From Takakia lepidozioides (taxonomy: Eukaryota; Plantae; Bryophyta), in the NCBI GenBank assembly GCA_030704615.1, contig CM060732.1:73036001-73100000 (forward strand): DNA of 64,000 bases. Reading direction: 5' to 3'. The notes beneath the pieces are model-generated. The model did no database searches. It was not told the DNA's origin and worked only from the letters and a program-made list of their open reading frames with translations. The translations under genes were made by a program, and so were the position numbers. Position 1 is the stretch's first letter; the number at the start of each line of letters is the position of its first letter. Below are positions 27,527 through 39,860 of this stretch, one piece after another.

Positions 27527-27776
27527 ATGTACTACTGAGAAGGCTCTAACTCCACAGACAAAGGGCGGCCACGTACAGCGCACTAGGTAAGGAGTAGCTA
27601 ACTTCACTTTTTCTTCCGTTAACGCTTGTTATGTTATGCTGCGTCGGATATGTACGACTAACACCGGCTTGGTCGGTTTCGATAGGGAATATCTATATAT
27701 AAGTTATTAGGAGGGCTGTGGGAGGTCTGGGTCTCGACTCTGCAGAGTCTGCACCCAGTGATTGTTTGACTCTGAC

Positions 27777-28385
27777 ACAATTTATGAGAGGACAAATCTG
27801 ACAGTTTTTCAAAAGTCAGATTGCGTCTGGGGATGAAGATATGAGGCTGCAATGATCGACCTTCATTTTGTTGTGCGTTTTCATTGCTAACATTGTGCGG
27901 CCGGCATGGATGAGACCGAAATTGAGTTCAGGAATGACAAAACGTCGAGTTTTATACGAATAGTTGAAAAATTGTTTTCGTACCAAGGACTGCAAACCTG
28001 TGGAATCATCGCCCCCCTTGCCGAGCCCATTGTTAGAAACAAGCTTGTACAGATATGATGGCATGAATGAAGTTAGATAATGGGCGAGCCGATTAAGTAT
28101 ATTACGCGTAGGTCTGTCCACTATATGCGGTAATAGGCTTCTGCTCTAGAGGAGGTTTAGCCAAAGAGTCTTCTCCACATGGATGTAAAAAGCCTCTAGT
28201 CACAACTATTAGTCAATGTTTTGTCATCCATGAACTCAATTGAGGGAGACCCTCTCATCCATTTCTGCCAGTTGCATAAAGATGTCACAGCCAATGAAAA
28301 CGCAGCAAAAAAACTGAGGGTTGATCATTACGGCCTCTACATCCCCAGACGCGGATCCCCAGATTCGTCCTCTCATAAACTTTGT
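27777..28385. repeat. Diverged inverted repeat (arms about 100-115 bp, spacer about 400 bp); possible foldback/MITE relic
   Basis: 27777-27890 (tttatgagaggacaaatctg...gcgtctggggatg...aatgatcgacc...tgcgttttcattg) matches the reverse complement of 28285-28385 (caatgaaaacgca...gttgatcatt...catccccagacgc...cagattcgtcctctcataaa). Confidence 0.8.
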
Positions 28386-28689
28386 ATGAGGAATCCCTTA
28401 ATTTCTAAGTGCGAGCAAAGTTTCATGTCAAAAATCATTTTAGCTGCTCCTTTCAGGCTGTCAGTGGCCAAAATAAACTTGGTGTAAAGCGCCCCCAGTG
28501 AAATTTGAAAATTTTACCACTCAAGTAACGGCTAATTCTAGTAGCCAAATTGCAGACTTCACATGTGGGTCAGAAACAGAAAACCAGTAATCATCGCTGT
28601 CATCATCATTCCCAGACCTCTTTTTCCAGAGTCCATCTTGACAGGTAGGGAATACAGGTTTGAGTATGTGTAGGTATTGAAGAACATAC

Positions 28690-29239
28690 CAGTGTTGGAC
28701 TGGTATACCGATAAGAAACTGGTATCAGTACTAGACCAAGTCTGGTATCACCTCAGGCCACTACCTAGCATATACCCATATTGGCCTGGTATCTGCTTCC
28801 TAATACTATGGGCGATACCCTACCAGTGTGGTAGGTGGTTGAAAATTTGGTACCTGATACTACCAATACCAGATCCATTTTTTGTGAGGTAAACCTGGTA
28901 TCAATACTTTGAGGAACTTGAGGAATACCTTGAGGAATACAATCAATGAGAAGCATGCTTGTACACATTTATATGAGAAGTGGGCCTTCAAAATTTAACA
29001 TATCATGAGTCTTTTTTGATACCAGACCAGTATTGATAATACCCTAGTATCAATTTCAAAAAACTCTTGCTATTGATACATGTAAAACACCACACCTATC
29101 AGGTATTATTGATACCACCATGGTATCAAAATCTCAGATTTTTGCCAATACCAGTACCTCCCTGGTATCACAATTGGCCGGAGGCCTATATACCAGTACC
29201 AGCCTGGTGTGTTCAAAATACGATACTAGTCCAACACTC
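28690..29239. mobile_element. Non-autonomous hAT-type MITE, 550 bp
   Basis: TIRs CAGTGTTGGACTGGTAT ... ATACTAGTCCAACACTC. Perfect 8-bp TSD GAACATAC at 28682-28689 and 29240-29247. The interior is full of TGGTAT/ATACCA subterminal motifs. Confidence 0.9.
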
Positions 29240-29294
29240 GAACATACCAGTCAGGTAGAGTGTTTTTTTTAAGGATTTTGAAAAGGGGTACGAG

Positions 29295-32200
29295 TCCTGT
29301 AATTAGTTAAATTGAGCCCCCTGCTACTGTTTGGCATTCTCTCGTCTTACGGTCCTCGAGCTATAGGTAGTCAGCTAGTTCTTCATGGTATTAGAGCACG
29401 GAAGCGGCGAGTGAATCAATTTTAGTGAAGGGTTCTTGAGGTCACTAGGAAGTACCTCGGATGTGAGCATTGCTCCACCAATTGAGAGTTGAAATACTGT
29501 GAGCACTGCTCCAGTAATAGTAAGTTGGTTTGTGGGTCAACTGTTATTGTGGTTCCGTGCAGTACCCAGTCACTCTCAAGCATGGCTGAAGGTTCAGGAA
29601 TTGTCATTCCTCAACAAGATAAGCTTGTAGGAAAGATAAATTATTCTGTTTGGAAGTTCAAAGTCAAGAATTATCTCTTGAGAGAAGATATTCTTGCCTT
29701 CATTGAAAGGAACGTGCCTCCAGCAGAAGATCAGAGTAGAGAAGAGTATCATCGAAAGAAAAATAGAGCTTTGACTATTATTAACCTTTCTCTCTTTGAC
29801 AAAGTCATCCACTATGTCTCTTAACTCAGTGAACCAAAGCAATCTGGGATGCTCTTGCCAAAATGTATGATGACAAGTCACATCTAGGCAGATGGCAATC
29901 AGGAACAAGCTTCAAACAGCCAAAATGACTGAGTGCATGCCAATAAAAGATTTCCTCGAGAGCATCACCAACATGGTGGCCCAACTTGCCAGCTTTGGAG
30001 AGGAAATTGAAGAACACGTTGTGGTGGAAACGATTCTGAATGCATTACCAGACTCCTACCAAGCATATGGAGACTTAATCATGGCCCAGAGGGAGCTCCC
30101 TAATGTATGAGAACTCACGTCGAAATTATTACTTCATGAAGAAAGTCGTAGGGAGCTGAGGGGACGTAAACAGAGCCAGGATGAAGCTCTGTGGGCGAAG
30201 TTCAAGCGCTTTAGCAGTGCCCACAACAAGGGAAGTGGAGGAGGACGCCCCTATCCTCAGAAAATTATAACTTCAACCTGCAACCGGTGCGGCAAAGATG
30301 GACGTTGGGCAAAGAATTGTCTAGTGCCCTATGAGGAGATCCTCAAGAACCGGAGCCAACAGACACACATGGTTGAGAATGCACTGGAAGAATCTGACGA
30401 AGAAGACAACGTTGGAGTTGTCGAGATACTCAAGCAGCGATGGATGCACTTAGCACCGATGATGACATTTCACCTGGCGAAAAGCAAGCCTCTTGGATTG
30501 TTGACTCATGAGCTAGTAAACATGTCATAGGAGATTCAAGAATTCTGTATGACCTGGAAGGCACCAGCGGCACTTCTAGTGTGAGAGCTGCAGGATGTAC
30601 CTATCACTCTGTGAAAGGGAAGGGTAACACAAATGTACTGCAAAATGGTGAAATAAAACGCATCACTGATGTTCTATACACGTGTACCGGGCATAACGAG
30701 GAATCTATTGTCAGTCGGCACTCTAGCCAACAAGGGCCATCTTGGTATTTTTGGTGCACGTAAATGTTCGTTCATAGAGCAGAAACAACCTCACAAAGTA
30801 GTACTAGAAGGAAAACAAATTAGATCTACAGGTTTGTATAAACTAGAATCTAGATTGAATGAGCTTCCTTTAGAAATCAGTAATGTAGAATCTGATGAAA
30901 CTGCAAGATTATAGCATATGCGTCTTGGTCATCTTAACTACCATAATTTGCATTTTCTTAGTAATAATAGTAGTGTTCTAGGAATGCCCAAGCTTTCACT
31001 CTTGTCAGAAATCTGCAAGACATATCTACTAGGCAAGCAACATAGAGAAAGGGTTCCACGCACCAGTGAACACCGAGCCAAAAGAATATTAGAATTAGTA
31101 CATACTGACCTCTGTGGGCCCCTTCATGTACCTCTCTGTGTGGTTCTAGATATTATATGGCCATCACAGATGATTATAGCAGGTTCACATAGGTATATTT
31201 TCTCAAGGAGAAAAGTCAGGCGTTCAACTGTTTCAGAGAATTCAAGGTCATGATAGAAAAGGCGACGGGTCAATCAATAAGTTGTCTACAAACAGACAGG
31301 GGTGGTGAATTCATCTCAACTGAATTCAACGAGTTTTGCAAGAAGGAGGGAATTCAACAACAACTCACCCAGTCGTTTACACCGCATCAGAACAAGATCT
31401 CTAAGCGGAAGAATAGGACGTTGCTTGAGCAAGCTCGCAGTCTTCTCTTGGAATATTCCCTTTCAAAATACCTTTGGACAAAAGCGGTGAATTCTGCAGC
31501 TTATCTCTTGAATCGATCTCCACATGTGCTAACTCTGGCACTACGCCTTATCAACGTTTCTCAGGTATTAAGCCAGACCGTCCTCATCTAAGAATTTTTG
31601 GGAGTAAATTGTCCACGTCGAGAAGCATAATCGGATTAAGCTTGATTCAAAGTCCATCGAGTGTATTCTTGTTGGATATGATACTGTTACAAAGGGGTAT
31701 CGACTGTTTAATCGAACTACTCATAAGGTGTTCATTAGTCGAGATGTTCAATTTGTGGAAGAACTTTCTCCTCGAAAAGAAATTCCTCCCAAAATAGTCA
31801 TTGGTACCAGTTTCATGTGAGAATCTACCTGCATTTCATGATCCATCTGCACAATCAGAGAGGTCCCAAAGCCACCCATGTCTCCACCAGCTGCAATCGA
31901 CCTACATGTTGATCTCCCAATCCATGCACCAGAAGCTGAGGAGGCTTCTCAAACTGGTAGTCCCCCGACACCATGTAGAGAGGAGGCAACTACCTCTACT
32001 CCTGAACTGGCAACAGCACGACCAGTTCGAGAACGAAGGAGGACGGCTCATTTTAATACAAATTTTGTCTATATGATCACAGAGACAACTATGTTTGAGC
32101 CCACGACCTTTGCTGAAGTAGCTCCGATTCCTGGATGGCAGGATGCTATGGACCAGGAGATGGCCTCTATAGAACAGGACCAGACTTGGGAACTGGTTGA

Positions 32201-34061
32201 CCTTCCTCCAGGAAAACGCCCAGTAACCGCCAAGTGAATATATAAGATAAAATGATGATCAGATGGTGAAGTGGCCAAACTTAAAACGTGCCTAGTCGCC
32301 CGAGGTTTTGAGCAAACGGAGGGCCTCGATTTTGAGGAGATATTCGCCCCAGTAGTCAAGTGGGCTACTATTCGCACAAGTTTAGCTCTTGCAACACATG
32401 AGGGTTGGCCAGTCTTTCACATGGGATGTAAAGACCTCTTTTCTTAACGGCGATCTTCAAGAGGAGGTGTATATAGAGCAACCCCCTGGCTATGTTACTG
32501 TTGGATTGGAGATCAAGGTATGTCGACTACGTAAAGCTCTCTATGGGCTTAAACAAGCTCCAAGAGCTTGGTACTAAAAACGGACGGATATCTTCAGTTG
32601 CAAGGAATGTCAAAGAGTGTTGCTGATTACAATCTGTACTATATGAAGATTGATGGTAAAATTGTCATTCTTGTGTTATATGTTGATAATCTCTTGCTCA
32701 CAGGGAGTCATAGGGAGAAATTTGTGTGGATCCGAGAACAGCTTTTGAAGGAATATGAAATGTTTGATCTGGGGTTAGCAACCAGGCTGTACTTGGCAGC
32801 GGAGCTCACTCATACTCATACATGCATTTTCATGTGCCAGCGGCAGTATGCAATCAAGATGTTGGAGGAATTTGGCATGATGAACTGCAATCCACACAAT
32901 GTACCTATGATCGAAGGGCTCAAGCTGCTTTCTGCCATGGATGCACCTCAGGTAGAACCAGCTCTTTACAGGAGAATGGTGGGGAAACTCATATACTACA
33001 CCAACACTCGACCTGATCTTGTTTTCTCGGTGGGCACGATAAGCAGATTTATAGCCAAACCTCAAGAACCTCACCTAGAGGCAGTGAAACACATTCTTAG
33101 ATACATTCGAGGAACTCTTGATTTTGGCATTCTGTACCGAAAAGGATTATACAACGAGCTCAAAGGTTATTCAGATGCTGACTGGGCCGGTGACCGCAAT
33201 CAGCGTCACTCGACCAGTGGATACGTCTTTCGCATTGGGGACAATGCAATAGCCTTGTGCTCCAAGAAATAGTCCACAATGGCGTTATCATCTACGGAGG
33301 CAGGATATCAGGCCCTGACTGAAGCTGCAAAAGAGACAACTTGACTGAGATGATGTGACAACCAGAGTAGCGTCAAAATAGCAAGGAATCATGTATTCCA
33401 TGCAAGAACTAAGCACATTGAGGTGCATCATCATTTCATTCGTGAAAAGACTGAAAGCAAGGAGATTAATTTAATCCATGTACCAACTTGCGAACAAGTG
33501 GCAGATATCTTTACGAAGCCTTTGGGGTAGAAAAATTTAGAGGGAGTCTTAGAATGTGTAGTATTGAAGAGGCAAGAGGGGCAAACCAACATGGATCTCA
33601 GCATCTACCAAACTTAAATCAAAAGATTCAATGAAGACAGAAGATGCTACAATCGTATCAGGGTCAACTGCTCCATCGACGCACTTGGGCATCTCAGCTC
33701 TACGTGCTCACGACTTCCTTCTTGAAAGCACATGGGTGTCTGAGCACTGAAGGGGAGTGTTAAATCACTAAGCGCAATGTTTTAGTCCTCAGTAGTTACT
33801 AATTTTCTATGGCAGTATGTAAGCCTAGTAGATGTTACTCCACCGCTCAGCTGGTAGATGAGCAGCGTGCACCGCCACCGCCACCGTCAACAGTTGATTA
33901 CTCCACCGTCATAGTAGGTAGATCTCATCTCTATTTGGTAGTAATTAATTCTCTCCTTAGTTGTTGGTGATCCTGTGATTAGTTAAATTGTGCCCCCTGC
34001 TACTGTTTGGCATTCTCTCGTCTTACGGTCCTCGAGCTGTAGGTAGTCAGCTAGTTCTTCA
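29295..34061 (+). mobile_element. Decayed Ty1/copia LTR retrotransposon with truncated 5' LTR
   Basis: 5' LTR remnant 29295-29385 matches the end of the 3' LTR (33758-34061, TG...CA). PBS TGGTATTAGAGC at 29386 is tRNA-iMet-like, and a polypurine tract (GAAGGGGAG) precedes 33758. Domain order is gag (NYSVWKFK, CNRCGKDGRWAKNC), integrase (HTDLCGP, TDRGGEF), RT ([15 protein letters not shown]), RNase H (YSDADWAG, RTKHIEV), with many stops and frameshifts. Confidence 0.95.
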
Positions 34062-35744
34062 CTTGATATCAATATTACAGCGAATTCATGGCGGATGGAG
34101 CTAGGTATTAGTATAGGTATGTTAGTGCATCTGGTCGTAATGTGTAGTACACCATTTTGTTGGGTCTCTTGTAGAGAGAGACTTTGCAACATGTTGAAGT
34201 CAATGGAGAAAATGTGGTCAAAGGACCTTACACTGTGTCAAGGCACCGATTGGTATGTTGTGCTGAGTCATCCCCCTTACTCTCATCTTCCTCTTATGTT
34301 TTGCAATGCAAGAGAGCCCATCGCCTTGTTAGGCTTGTTAGTTCAAGCCTCCCTGCAGCAATGCAGACTTCATTTGCCTTAATTCACTACTATTTCCTTC
34401 TACTTTGGGTTGCATATGCCTATTGTTTCATAGTTTGGACCAGCGTTGTATTGGTATAAAAAAAAATCGATACAAGGCTTGTACTGGTACATAAGGTATG
34501 GACTAAATCGAAGACCGGGCATATCATGGTATATATTGACTTCATTTTTTTCAAACATCAGTTTGGTATGAAAAAAGGGGTGGAACCCATGTGTCTAATA
34601 AAAATTAAGCAAGTTTCTTATCTCTCCAAATGTAGCCTTATTTCTTTACCTATTTTCTTGGTTTTGAATGCAAGAGATTGTCAATGATGAGTAGTCTATT
34701 GGTAAGATGATGATGATAGAGATGATGAGGTGGAATGTCTGATTGTTGATGGACGATAGTGTCACCCTTGGCTTTTATGGTTCATTTCATTCCCCTTGCA
34801 TTGTGTAATTTCTCTTAGTCCATTTTAAACTTAGCCAAATTTGGACTTTGTCAAATTTCGAGACCAAGTGTGAGTTACACCAAGTGGAGTTATACTCACC
34901 ACCGTGTAACCTCGACTGGAGTTTACATTCCCTATTTGCCATCCACCGTCACCCGAACTGAAGTTATAGTCCTTTCAGTTCCATGTCATTCTCAAGAGAG
35001 GGTGGGAAACGGAAACTAGCCCACCGTCTTATCACAGATCACATGTGTGCATTAACTTCATACATTATTCCTAAGATTGTCCATTTTATATGTTGTTTTG
35101 CAGCCTTTTTGCAGTAATAATATTTTTGGGTGTATTAATGGTGTTGATATTCATTTTATTTTCAATATGATTTTTTTTTATGTTATTGATGTGAAATTAT
35201 AAGATAGTAATATATCTACATTTTAACTGTCCAAAATATAGACGCGAGACAAAAACTCATTTCGACATTTTTTTTTCTTTGATGAAAGGGGAGGTAGCCC
35301 TTGAGAACTTTATTGAAATTATTGAAGGGAAAATTTAAAACCCTTGACGCCTTAAGGCTGCCATGAGGTACGGACTCACGAAGGTCGTGAAGGATGAGGG
35401 AGCTACCGTGTGAGCAGTTCACGTGAGCACGCTCACGCTTTAAGTGGTAAACGTGAGCAGAATCCCTTAAGCATGAGCAGATTGCAAGCGTGAGCAGGTT
35501 AGTGAATGGGAGCCTACAACCGAGGGAAAAAGATGGCCTATTGCCGTGGACAAAAACTACACTGCACGGATGCAATCTCCACCCCATCCGACGGAAGAAT
35601 CCTTGTTGGGTGACGACCATATGGTACGAATGTGCGATGAAAAGCTGCCATATGAATGGTTTTGAGATGAATGAAAAAAGGAATGGATGAATGTTGGATG
35701 ACTTTTGGATGAAAAATGAGCGACATAAATGAACCATGGTGCGT

Positions 35745-36100
35745 GTGCAGGTGCTCGGGATTAAGGTGTCGTCAACGACATCTTAATTCCCAGTACGAGT
35801 TGGCACATGACAGCTTACGGAAAAACCAAAATCCCCGATTTTTTTTTTCCCATTAACCAAAAACATTTCAACCCAAAAAACTTTCAAGGCGAAGTAGCCT
35901 TGGCTGTAAGGTGGTGTGTGCAGGTGGTGGGGATTAAGGTGTCGTCCCCCAAATGTGCCAGATTAAGGTATCGTCAATGACATCTTAATTCCCAGTACGA
36001 GTTGGCACATGACAATTCATGGAAAAACCAAAAAACCCAAAAAAAAATCACCCAAAAAAATCTGATGGCGAACAGCCTTGGCGGTAAGGCGGTGTGTGGT
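35745..36100. repeat. Two direct copies of a hairpin-containing unit
   Basis: gtgtgcaggtg...gattaaggt(g/a)tcgtcaa(c/t)gacatcttaattcccagtacgagttggcacatgaca...ggaaaaaccaaa occurs at about 35745 and at 35917/35960. The core gggattaaggtgtcg/cgacatcttaattccc is self-complementary. Confidence 0.8.
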
Positions 36101-36169
36101 GTGCACATGTGTTGTGTGGTTTTGGACAGCGATGTAGTTGTGTAGCGATATGTATGTTCATGGAAAAAC

Positions 36170-36385
36170 CAGAATGTCGTCTTCTGCTTATCCGCCTCCT
36201 TGATCGGCAACTGGTGATATCCGGATCGTAAATCCAAAGTGCTACAGACCTTGGCATGCCCAATGGCATCAAAGATCTCATCTGGTGTCGGCATAGCATA
36301 CCTATCGGACTTGGTCTGACGATTTACAGGCCGATAATCACCGCACATACGTCTCTCCGTCCAATTGCCATAGACATCCTTTGGA
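36170..36385 (-). pseudogene. Ty3/gypsy reverse transcriptase fragment
   Basis: KDVYGNWTERRMCGDYRPVN...DRYAMPTPDEIFD...STLDLRSGYHQLPIKEADKQKTTFW. Confidence 0.9.
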
Positions 36386-36781
36386 GTGTAGACTACCGTC
36401 CTTCACGTTTGTTGTATCCTTGTGGTCATAGACTCCGCATCTAGTGGGAGACCATTGTGAGGGATTTACTTCAGTTTATTGCCAAGGGTAGGTACAGAAA
36501 GTACTCATAAGACCTTGTGTTTGGCATAGCCTTTTGGGTAGGTAGGTAGAGAGAACGAAATTGAAATGTGGGTGTGTGTATGTATGTTGTTTGCTGCAAC
36601 TTGTTGGTTGTAGACCTTCCTGCCTACCCTTCCTCCCCCCCCTCCATCCATCCATCCCTATTAATAGTTGCAGCCCCCCTCCCGGTACTTAAGTACTATA
36701 ATGCTTGGACCTCCATAGTCTAGCGTGCATGGTATTTTCACTCATTGTTTTTTCTGGTGGGTGCTGGGATGACAGTTTAAG

Positions 36782-37040
36782 GTGGGAGACCAAGTTCGGC
36801 TCCTTAACGTGATGTCCAAACGGACAAAGGTTGGATCAGGGATTATATGTTCTCTGCAAGGCTGCAAGGTAAGTGAGGGCTACCCTGATGTGCCAGTTGA
36901 GTATGCGGCTATATACATCAAAGAGGCATACATCACTAACGCTCCTTTACCATATCTCAACGATGTTAAGAAACATACTGTGTTGGGGGATGTGGTAGGA
37001 AGCACCACACTTTGGAGTTTGAAGCTACTGAGACATGAGG
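36782..37040 (+). pseudogene. Exon resembling the CACTA TnpA-type (Tnp1/En/Spm-like) domain
   Basis: VRLLN...KVGSGII...AIYIKEAYITNAPLPY...TVLGDVVGSTTLW follows the V-x-L...G...LP...LGDAVG...W pattern of this domain. CACTA termini lie downstream. Confidence 0.55.
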
Positions 37041-37929
37041 TTCAGGAAGTTCTACTGCTTTGTTTGTCAATAAAGCCCTTACTTCTAGCAGTATCTGTTG
37101 AATCTAGTTTTTTCCAGGTAAGTGTTTAGCGACATCGTGATTGAACAATGAAGCATATTTTGTGAATTTATACACAAAGACTGGTTCGAACACCACATGA
37201 ATGTGTGTGTTGTGATTGTGATGTTGCTGTTTCTATGGATGGCATGTTTGATTGTAGTTGTCTTTCAGACTGTATGATATTGGTGCTTCTGTCAGTCTAT
37301 GCAACAGGGTTGGTGGTAGAATCTTTCTTTGTCACACTTTGCAACTGCCAGCAGGGTTGGGGGTCCACTCTTTGGTCATTGGAAGATTAATGCAGGCTCT
37401 CATTCCCTGCAGAGGGGGTGTGTCTTGATATAGAGGGCCAATTGCTGTGCTTATGAGAGCTCCACATGGAGGTTAGTTATTTCATGAGCATGAGCGGCAT
37501 GAGCGGGGTAGCAAGACAATCGGTTTTCATGAGCAGAAGTACAAATTTCGAAAATTAAAAAACATTAAAAAAACATTAATTTAATGCAATGTGTCAGAAA
37601 AAACAAATATATTATTCGGCACCTTGAAGGGAAAATTGTAGTTTTGAGAGTTGTGCTCATGATATTTCGTCTTCCGCTCATGCCAATTCCCAGCGACATG
37701 TGCAAAAATGGCGCCGAATTTCGCGGTAATAGGGTCCGTAACCGGAAAAATCCGCGACGTATTTCGCGGTAATAGGTCAGGATGGAAAAACGGCGCCGAA
37801 TTTCCGTCCGGGGCCGTTCGGATTTCCCCCTAGCAGTCGAGAATTCCCTGAAAAACGTGTCTAAAAGTAGACTTCAGCCAAAAAACTAAAGGTTTAGTGT
37901 CTTTTTAGACCAAAAAACCTCGCTCAAAA

Positions 37930-38842
37930 TTACCTGCAGGATGGTAATTCGGTGCTTCGACTTACCTGGCGGATGGAAATTCGGCGCCGAATTTCCATCC
38001 AGCAGCGATCCAAGGTACCTGCTGGATGAAAATTCGGTGCCGGATTTCCGTCCATCCGGGCTCCAAATTACCTACAGGATGGAAATTCGGCACCGGATTT
38101 CCATCCATCCGCTCTCCGAATTACCTGCATGACGGAAATTCGGCGCTCCCAGTTACCTGCAGGATGGAAATTCGGCGCCGGATTTCCATCCATCCACCCT
38201 CCGAATTACCTGCCTGACGGAAATTCGACGCTCCGAGTTACCTACAGGATGGAAATTCGGCGCCGGATTTCCATCCGGCCGCGCTCCGACTTAGCTGGCG
38301 GATGGAAATCTGGCGCCGGATTTCCATCCATCCGCCCTTCGTATTACTTGCATGACGGAAATTTGGCGAGCCGACTTACCTGGCGGATGGAAATCCGGCG
38401 CCAGATTTCCATCCATCCGCTCTTCGAATTACCTGCATGACGGAAATTTGCAGCGCCGACTTATCTGGAGGATGGAAATCCGGCGCCGGATTTCCATCCA
38501 TCCACGCTCCGAATTACCTGCATGATGGAAATTTTGCGCGCCGACCTACCTGGCGGATGGAAATCCGGCGCCGGATTTCCATCCATCTGCTCTTCGAATT
38601 ACCTGCATGACGGAAATTTTGCGCGCCGACTTAGCTGGCGGATGGAAATCCGGCGCCGGATTTCCATCCATCCGCTCTTCGAATTACCTGCATGACGGAA
38701 ATTTTGTACCTGGCGGATGGAAATCCGGTGCCAGATTTCCATCCATCCGCTCACAAGTAACCTGCATGACAAAAATTTGCAGCGCCGACTTACCTGGAGG
38801 CGCCGGATTTCCATCCATCCGTTCTTCGAATTACCTGCATGA
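37930..38842. repeat. Tandem array type 1 (about 80-bp unit, roughly 11 copies) with a 30-bp palindrome
   Basis: Unit ttacctgcatgacggaaatt...gacttacctggc-GGATGGAAATCCGGCGCCGGATTTCCATCC-atccgctc. The capitalised core is its own reverse complement. Confidence 0.95.
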
Positions 38843-39860
38843 CTGGAAAAATGGCGCCAAATTTCCGATTTTGGTGCCAGTCAGATCTGGGACTTAGCCA
38901 TTTTCGAACCCGAACTGGAAAAAAAAAAAAAAAAAAAAAAAAACGCCATTTTTCCAGTTCGGGGCCGAAAATGGCTAAGTCCCAGATCTGACTGGCACCA
39001 AAATCGGAAATTCGGCGCCATTTTTCCAGTTCTGGGCCCAGTCAGATCTGGGACTGAGCCATTTTCGGCCCCGAAATGGAAAAATGGCGCCATTTTTCCA
39101 GTTCAAGGCTCCGAAAATGGCTAAGTCCCTAGGGTGGCTGGAACCGCAATTGGAAATTCGGCACCATTTTTCCAGTTCCGCGCCCTATCAGATTTGGGAC
39201 TTAGCCATTTTCGGCCCCGAACTGGAAAAATGGCGCCGAAAAAAAAAAAAAAAAAAAAAAAAAAACCAACCGCCATTTTTCCAGTTCGGGCCCGAAAATG
39301 GTTAAGTCCCAGATCTGACTGGCACCAAAATCGGAAATTCGGCGCCATTTTTCCAGTTCCGGGCCCAGTCAGATCTGGGACTTAGCCATTTTCGGCCCCG
39401 AAATGGAAAAATGGCGTCATTTTTCCAGTTCAAGGCCCCGAAAATGGCTAAGTCCCTAGGGTGGCTGGAACCGCAACCGGAAATTCGGCACCATTTTTCC
39501 AGTCCGCGCCCTGTCAGATCTGGGACTTAGCCATTTTTGGCCCCGAACTGGAAAAATGACGTCATTTTTCCAGTTCAGGGCCGAAAATGGCTAAGTTCCT
39601 AGGGTGGCTGGCAACAAAATCGGAAATTCGGCGCCATTTTTCCAGTTCCGGGCCCAGTCAGATCTGGGACTTAGCCATTTTCAGCCCCGAAATGGAAAAA
39701 TGGCGCCATTTTTCCAGTTCAGGGCCCTGAAAATGGCTAAGTCCCTAGGGTGGCTGGAACCGCAACCGGAAATTCGGCGCCATTTTTCTAGTTCTGCGGC
39801 CAGTCAATTCTGGGACTTAGCCATTTTTGGGCCCAACCTAGGAAAATGGTGCCGAAAATG
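38843..39860. repeat. Tandem/inverted array type 2
   Basis: Alternating GGGACTTAGCCATTTT / AAAATGGCTAAGTCCC modules, the palindrome GGAAAAATGGCGCCATTTTTCC, and poly(A) loops at about 38919 and 39239. Confidence 0.95.

Noticed and set aside
37930-39860. Palindromic arrays as CRISPR, or the many ORFs over them as proteins
   Set aside because: The sequences between palindromes are also repeated. The ORFs on both strands are by-products of the repeat and run through poly(A).
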